DNA of 32,000 bases from Candidatus Saccharimonadota bacterium (GTDB lineage Archaea > Nanobdellota > Nanobdellia > Pacearchaeales > GW2011-AR1). The translations under genes were made by a program, and so were the position numbers. The stretch is taken from NCBI GenBank assembly GCA_041659445.1, contig JBAZYG010000002.1:189869-221868 (forward strand). Reading direction: 5' to 3'. Every line of letters begins with the position of its first letter. Positions within the stretch are counted from its first letter, which is position 1. The notes below the pieces were generated by a model. It was not told the origin of the DNA and did no database searches. It saw only the letters and a program-made list of their open reading frames with translations. Shown piece after piece: positions 25,048 through 32,000 of this stretch.

Positions 25048-25398
25048 TTACAAATCAACAACTCCATCTTTTGTTAAAGCAGCGAATCTTACTCCAACAG
25101 GCAAATTAATTAATGCAGAAACCAAAGCCATGTGTTCTTTTCCGTCGCCAGAAGCAATACTTAATGCAACTTCCATTCCATTAATTTTTCCTTGAAGTTT
25201 TTTTAATAAATCATCTCTTAAATCTTTTATTTTTGCATTTAAATCAGCTTTAATAAATTCAAATTTTTTTTCATGCTTAAAATTTTTTGCAAATTCATCA
25301 CCAATTAAAATTATATTATCCCATTCTCCATATTTCATTAATCCAGAAATTTGTGCCCATGTTCCTTCTCCTCTTGAAAGTAATGCAACTAATTCCAT
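25048..25398 (-). CDS. ORFan operon gene 9: minimal CARF-like / Rossmann-like domain protein (116 aa, no effector domain)
   Basis: Pattern ELVALLSRGEGTWAQISGLM...NIILIGDE...FEFIKADLN...MEVALSIASGDGKEHMALVSALINLPVGVRFAALT. It resembles the CARF layout: strand - Gly-rich loop - helix, then a late xxGGxK-like loop followed by a helix. Similarity is by eye only. Confidence 0.35.
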   Translation of the reverse strand: MELVALLSRGEGTWAQISGLMKYGEWDNIILIGDEFAKNFKHEKKFEFIKADLNAKIKDLRDDLLKKLQGKINGMEVALSIASGDGKEHMALVSALINLPVGVRFAALTKDGVVDL

Positions 25399-25399
25399 T

Positions 25400-25786
25400 T
25401 TAACAATAATCCTCTTTATCTTTTACTCTTCTTAAATCAATTTTTTCAGGTTTGGAATTTTTTTCAATATCTGTTCTAAAACCTAAAGTTCCATTAATTC
25501 TATAACTACAAGTTCCTGCTGTTCCATCTAATATTTTTTCAAAATTATTTTCTCTTAATTCATCTCTTTTACCAAGGTAATCACATTGTGTTAAAGAAGA
25601 AACACACCCCACGCAGTTTTCATCAGCGAATCTTCTGTAGTTTTGTTCTTTGCTAGCTCTTTCTTCTTCATTTTTAAAAAGTCCAATTAATTTTTTTCTA
25701 AATTCTTTTGTTCTTTTTGTTTTTCCTCTTTCAATAAACAAATTTTTGAAATCAAAAGTTATCCAATTTGGTAATTTTTTTGTCAT
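25400..25786 (-). CDS. ORFan operon gene 8: Cys-containing hypothetical protein (128 aa)
   Basis: CVGCVSSLTQC...GTCSY...DYC. Basic N-terminus. TAAAATG junctions on both sides. Confidence 0.5.
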   Translation of the reverse strand: MTKKLPNWITFDFKNLFIERGKTKRTKEFRKKLIGLFKNEEERASKEQNYRRFADENCVGCVSSLTQCDYLGKRDELRENNFEKILDGTAGTCSYRINGTLGFRTDIEKNSKPEKIDLRRVKDKEDYC

Positions 25787-25787
25787 T

Positions 25788-26111
25788 TTAATTTTCTTTT
25801 TTTAGTAAATTATATTTTGCTAATAATTCATAAAATTGTTTATTTGGTGTTTTATTTCTAAAATTGCAAGGACCAAGAATTCTTTCTTCTACTTCTTTAT
25901 CTAATCCTGTTATTTTTTTATCTGAAAGTGAAATGAATTTTCTTACAGAATCCTCTAATTTTTTTAATCTTATAACTTGTACTAAACCTTTTTCATCTTT
26001 TAAAAAACTTGTAATAGTATTGCATTTTTCTCCATTTAAGAATAAATCATAATTTGGTAAATAAATTGCATCTAACATTCCAAGCTTGTAAATTTTATTT
26101 TCGTTTATCAT
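25788..26111 (-). CDS. ORFan operon gene 7: hypothetical protein (107 aa)
   Basis: ATGA overlap with the upstream gene. No family recognised. Confidence 0.5.
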   Translation of the reverse strand: MINENKIYKLGMLDAIYLPNYDLFLNGEKCNTITSFLKDEKGLVQVIRLKKLEDSVRKFISLSDKKITGLDKEVEERILGPCNFRNKTPNKQFYELLAKYNLLKKEN

Positions 26112-26515
26112 TTTATTTGATATCTTATATCTTCTTTTATTTCGTTAGCTAGTTCTTCTAATCTTTTTCCAATGTCTTCCCAAACAGAACCATTGACTGG
26201 AAAGTATTTTTCAAGTTTACTTCTTTTTATAAGTTCGTCATTTACTTTTGATAAATATAAAGTTCTTTTTGTTAAACCTTCTTCTTTTAAATATTCAGGT
26301 AAATCATCATAAACGCAGGTGTTATAAGGTTCTTTTTTTATGCCTAATATGAAATTTTTTGCTCTATCTTTAAATTGATTAAGAAATTTATAAGTTAAAT
26401 CTAAGCCTGTTTCCATTTCAATTATTTTTAATTCTAAATCAAAATATTCTTTTGTCTTTTCAAATTGTTTTATTGCTTCTTCTCTAGCTTCTTCTAAATT
26501 AGGCCCTTGTTTCAT
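26108..26515 (-). CDS. ORFan operon gene 6: hypothetical helical protein (135 aa)
   Basis: Open frame rich in charged helices. No family recognised. Confidence 0.5.
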   Translation of the reverse strand: MKQGPNLEEAREEAIKQFEKTKEYFDLELKIIEMETGLDLTYKFLNQFKDRAKNFILGIKKEPYNTCVYDDLPEYLKEEGLTKRTLYLSKVNDELIKRSKLEKYFPVNGSVWEDIGKRLEELANEIKEDIRYQIK

Positions 26516-26539
26516 TTTATTTAATTTTCAAGAAAATCT

Positions 26540-26917
26540 TCATTTATAAGTATTATTGTGTTCAAAATTCCAAAAATTGAGATTTCCTTTTGCTGGAAAG
26601 GGTTTAATCCTTTTTGGATTTATTAATATAAAACCATATTTTCCCCAGAAAGAATTTGCCAAATGTTTATTTTTATCTTTCATGTGTTCTTTTTCTGTTT
26701 TATAATTTTTAACATCAATTAATTTTGCTTTTCCAACAATGCAACCTAAAGGAAGTTTTTCAAATCCAAATTTTTTCATAGCTTTTTTATCTGGAATTTT
26801 TGAAGCATGAATCAAAAATTCTCCTCTAAATTTGGTATTCCATTTTCTTAATTCAATAGTTTTTTTACCAGAAACAATTAATTCTGCAAATGGTTGTTTT
26901 AAAGACAATGCTTTCAT
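26540..26917 (-). CDS. ORFan operon gene 5: ASCH domain protein (PUA-like beta-barrel, RNA-binding superfamily)
   Basis: MKALSLKQPFAELIVSGKKTIELRKWNTKFRGEFLIHASK... matches the ASCH N-terminal signature (S-[IL]-x-Q-P-[WF]-A-x-L-I-x-x-G-x-K-x-x-E-x-R) as I recall it. Confidence 0.75.
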   Translation of the reverse strand: MKALSLKQPFAELIVSGKKTIELRKWNTKFRGEFLIHASKIPDKKAMKKFGFEKLPLGCIVGKAKLIDVKNYKTEKEHMKDKNKHLANSFWGKYGFILINPKRIKPFPAKGNLNFWNFEHNNTYK

Positions 26918-26947
26918 TTATTATTAATAATGAACGAATATAAAAAT

Positions 26948-27280
26948 TTATTTTTCTTTGTTATTTTTTAAAAAAGTTATAAATCCTTCTTTAAATTTTT
27001 CATTGTCTGGAATCCAAGCTTCAGGAAGTTCATTAAGAGAATATGTATCACCAGAATATATCGGAGGCGATAAATTATAACTTTTTATATGTATTAATTT
27101 ATGTTTAGAATCATCTGATTCGTTGAAGATTATTTCATACATATAATAATCATTTAATTTTATTTCTTCTTCTGAAAAATCTTTTACTTTGCTTTTCCAG
27201 TTATATGCATTTCCTTCTCCCATATATATGACTTCATTAAAATTACAAATCACCAATAATTTAGATTCTTTATTTTCCAT
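26948..27280 (-). CDS. ORFan operon gene 4: hypothetical protein (110 aa)
   Basis: Open frame, preceded by a 72-nt AT-rich gap that may hold an internal promoter. No family recognised. Confidence 0.5.
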   Translation of the reverse strand: MENKESKLLVICNFNEVIYMGEGNAYNWKSKVKDFSEEEIKLNDYYMYEIIFNESDDSKHKLIHIKSYNLSPPIYSGDTYSLNELPEAWIPDNEKFKEGFITFLKNNKEK

Positions 27281-27352
27281 ATTTCTTATTATAATTTTTG
27301 ATATTTAAAAATTGTTATACTAAAAGAATCAATCTTTTTCTATATTTTGGAA

Positions 27353-27568
27353 TTATTTTGTAGAATAAATTTCAAAGTAATATTTCTTATCTTCTTCAGA
27401 ATAGTTTATATGGATAAGATAATCTCTATGTTCAGTTTTTCCAGTCATTTCAGATTTTTCTAAATCATTAAGGCCTTCTATTGTAAGTGCGAGATCCAAT
27501 CTACCTTTGTACTCGCCACTCTGTAAAGCATTCTCCAAATCAAATTTTTTTAGGCTTTTTGCTTTCAT
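27353..27568 (-). CDS. ORFan operon gene 3: hypothetical protein (71 aa)
   Basis: Start moved from 27586 to ATG 27568, which forms a TAAAATG junction with the upstream stop at 27570-27572. Confidence 0.45.
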   Translation of the reverse strand: MKAKSLKKFDLENALQSGEYKGRLDLALTIEGLNDLEKSEMTGKTEHRDYLIHINYSEEDKKYYFEIYSTK

Positions 27569-27569
27569 T

Positions 27570-27767
27570 TTATATTTTTGCTTCAAGTTTTCCTATTCTT
27601 CCTTTAGAATCTTTGGAAGTTTCAAATACTATTTTAACAGGCTTTGTTCCGTCATCTAAAATCACTTCTACTTTGTGAATATCTTTGTTTCCTTCATAAC
27701 TGTTTTTTAAAAGTGCATAAAGGTCTTCGATTGTTGCATAGTCTAATTTATAATTTGAATTTTCCAT
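27570..27767 (-). CDS. ORFan operon gene 2: hypothetical protein (65 aa)
   Basis: Open frame with TAAAATG junctions on both sides. Confidence 0.45.
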   Translation of the reverse strand: MENSNYKLDYATIEDLYALLKNSYEGNKDIHKVEVILDDGTKPVKIVFETSKDSKGRIGKLEAKI

Positions 27768-27768
27768 T

Positions 27769-27957
27769 TTATTTTTTTTGATTAAGATTATATTCTTTTA
27801 AAAGTTCAATTATAACTTTATTTTGATAATATAATGCCTTAATAGCATCAATTACTCCATCATGATACATTGTCATTTTATTTTTTTCTGATTGTTTTAT
27901 TAGCGTTTCTGCTTCTTTCAAGGTTTTTTCAAGTTCATTTATTCTTCCTTCTTCCAT
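27769..27957 (-). CDS. ORFan operon gene 1: small coiled-coil protein (62 aa)
   Basis: First gene of the operon. TATA-like TATATAAATATTT lies about 40 nt upstream on the minus strand. The start is only about 75 nt from the 23S processing stem. Confidence 0.45.
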   Translation of the reverse strand: MEEGRINELEKTLKEAETLIKQSEKNKMTMYHDGVIDAIKALYYQNKVIIELLKEYNLNQKK

Positions 27958-28031
27958 GATTTTTCAACTTCATTTATACTTTTTAAATATTTATATACTA
28001 AAAAAATAAAAGAAAAAAATCTTCAAAGAAT

Positions 28032-28086
28032 AAAGTAGTGGAAAGTACAACAAATTTTAAAATTTATTTTATTTAAAGACAATCTT
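28032..28086 (-). other. 3' half of the 23S rRNA processing stem (two helices)
   Basis: 28032-28049 is the exact reverse complement of 30932-30949 (18 bp). 28073-28086 is the exact reverse complement of 30914-30927 (14 bp). Confidence 0.8.
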
Positions 28087-28109
28087 TTTGAAATTAAAAA
28101 TTTCAAATT

Positions 28110-30910
<2,801 letters not shown>

Positions 30911-30913
30911 AAT

Positions 30914-30949
30914 AAGATTGTCTTTAAGACGTGTACTTTCCACTACTTT
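30914..30949 (-). other. 5' half of the 23S rRNA processing stem
   Basis: Complementary to 28032-28049 and 28073-28086 (see that feature). Confidence 0.8.
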
Positions 30950-30969
30950 TGTCATCGAGTATTTTACTC

Positions 30970-31188
30970 TCAAATAGATCCAAGATTTTGCTCTTGAACC
31001 TCTTCAATTTTCTTTGAATATGACTTTTTTATAAATGAATAATTTCCTGGATGTTCATCATTTAATTTTTTGCAAATTCCTTTTTCTATTTCATTTGCAA
31101 TGTGGGCTTCGTTAGGGTTATACTGGATTTCCAATTTAATATCTTCTTTTCCCTTTATTGAAATTGTATATTTATCTATATTTTGCAT
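30970..31188 (-). CDS. 72-aa hypothetical protein encoded inside the 16S-23S spacer (between tRNA-Ala and the 23S processing stem)
   Basis: A 219-nt open frame in AT-rich DNA, where stops should be frequent. It is on the same strand as the rRNAs. AAGGA lies about 10 nt upstream of the ATG. Amino-acid composition is typical of this genome. No family recognised. Confidence 0.5.
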   Translation of the reverse strand: MQNIDKYTISIKGKEDIKLEIQYNPNEAHIANEIEKGICKKLNDEHPGNYSFIKKSYSKKIEEVQEQNLGSI

Positions 31189-31267
31189 TTTATTTTTTCC
31201 TTGATTTATTTTGTCTTAAAAGAAAAGATTTTTTTCAGTGTTTCGCGAAGCCTATGCACAATGGCAA

Positions 31268-31384
31268 TGGACCTGTCGGGAATTGAACCCGAATCTCATC
31301 CGTTCTTTGGAACCAAAGGACGTTACGAAAATGAAGTTTTCAGTTCCGTGCAAGGGACGTATTCTGCCGTTGGACTACAGGCCC
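31268..31384 (-). tRNA. tRNA-Ala (anticodon UGC) with a roughly 46-nt intron at the canonical 37/38 position
   Basis: Reverse complement reads GGGCCTG TA GTCC AACGGCA GAAT A CGTCC CTTGCA [CGGAACTG...CCAAAGAA] C GGATG AGAT TCGGG TTCAATT CCCGA CAGGTCC A. The acceptor, anticodon (CGTCC/GGATG) and T stems all pair. It sits in the usual archaeal 16S-23S spacer location. Confidence 0.8.
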
Positions 31385-31470
31385 ATAATATCAAGTGCCC
31401 CTCGTCATTTTTAATCTTTTCTAAAGACGAAAAAGTATGTAGAATTAACTATTGAAGTTTTAAATATTAT

Positions 31471-32000
31471 AGGAGGTGATCCATCTGCAGGTTCCCCTAC
31501 AGATACCTTGTGACGACTTAACCTACCTTGTCATGCTAAGGTTCTCCTTCGAAAAGTTTCACCATGACATAACTCGGTTGGTTTGACGGGCAGTGTGTGC
31601 AAGAGACAGTGACATATTCACCGTTCGCTGATAACAAACGATTACTACGAATTCCAGTGTCACGAGGCTGAGTTTCAAACCTCGATCTAGACTAAGATGA
31701 ACTTTAAGAGATTAGCTTCACTTTTCAGTGTTGCATCTCGTTGTATTCACCATTGACGCGCGCGTGTCGCCCAGGGGATTCAGGCTGTACTCACCTAACG
31801 TAGCCCGCACTTTCATCTGCGTTACCACAGCAATCTGTATATTGTACACATAGTAAATATACACGCGGGTCTTGCCTGTTACCTGATTTAACAGGTCACC
31901 TCACGGCACAGGCTGACGTCGGCCATGCAACTCCTCTCAGCGTGTCAGGTAAGCCCTTTAGACTGACCTTCATTCTGCTGTCGCTCCTGGTGAGGTTCAC
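31471..32000 (-). rRNA. 16S ribosomal RNA, 3' roughly 530 nt (partial, continues beyond the window)
   Basis: The minus strand ends ...AAGTCGTCACAAGGTATCTGTAGGGGAACCTGCAGATGGATCACCTCCT (anti-SD). It also contains CTTGCACACACTGCCCGTC (the 1390-1407 region) and TGCATGGCCGACGTCAGCC (the roughly 1050 region). Confidence 0.9.

Noticed and set aside
24507-27678. ORFs 24507-24701 (+), 25864-26052 (+) and 27487-27678 (+)
   Set aside because: They are antisense to members of the tightly coupled minus-strand operon. They have no start context and give low-complexity translations.
22767-28030. Integrated provirus or mobile element with defined ends
   Set aside because: I recognised no integrase, transposase or recombinase. 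No tRNA target is present. I found no flanking direct or inverted repeats at 22.8/23.3 kb versus 28.0 kb. Base composition looks the same as the rest of the window. The idea is kept only as one hypothesis for the ORFan operon.
31183-31455. ORF 31183-31455 (+)
   Set aside because: It runs antisense across tRNA-Ala and the 16S-tRNA spacer, and is explained by the RNA genes.

Overview
This is a very AT-rich chromosomal segment (judged by eye, not computed) from an archaeon, probably a DPANN-type lineage such as Pacearchaeota or Woesearchaeota. That placement is an inference from the archaeal informational genes, the small tightly packed ORFs, a mini archaeosortase, and 16S sites that deviate from universal-primer sequences.

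Layout:
- 1-11.1 kb: a cell-surface locus. It holds four tandem Cys-rich proteins with class III (type IV pilin-like) signal peptides, a wHTH regulator, an S-layer protein behind a long structured leader, two paralogous membrane-anchored proteins, a short archaeosortase-family protein, and a 543-aa surface protein with a C-terminal TM plus basic tail.
- 11.6-22.8 kb: a housekeeping block. It contains SepF, prefoldin beta, RpoP, L37Ae, tRNA-Pro, L11, Spt5, SecE, FtsZ, FKBP, aIF5A, L40e, an S2P protease and Taw1/TYW1. Three of these are short genes missing from the ORF track (RpoP, SecE, L40e).
- 22.8-28.0 kb: fifteen co-directional small ORFs. Thirteen of them form one translationally coupled operon of almost entirely unrecognisable proteins. 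The only folds recognisable by eye are an ASCH domain and a minimal CARF/Rossmann-like protein.
- 28.0-32.0 kb: a minus-strand rRNA operon, 16S (partial) - tRNA-Ala(UGC, with intron) - a 72-aa ORF inside the spacer - 23S. No 5S is present.

No CRISPR array, transposase or integrase was recognised. The best candidates for something undescribed are the 13-gene ORFan operon abutting the 23S gene, the protein-coding ORF inside the 16S-23S spacer, and the pilin / S-layer / archaeosortase surface locus. A heptamer TAAAATG (stop, one A, start) recurs at 13 gene junctions. I used it to revise several start codons.
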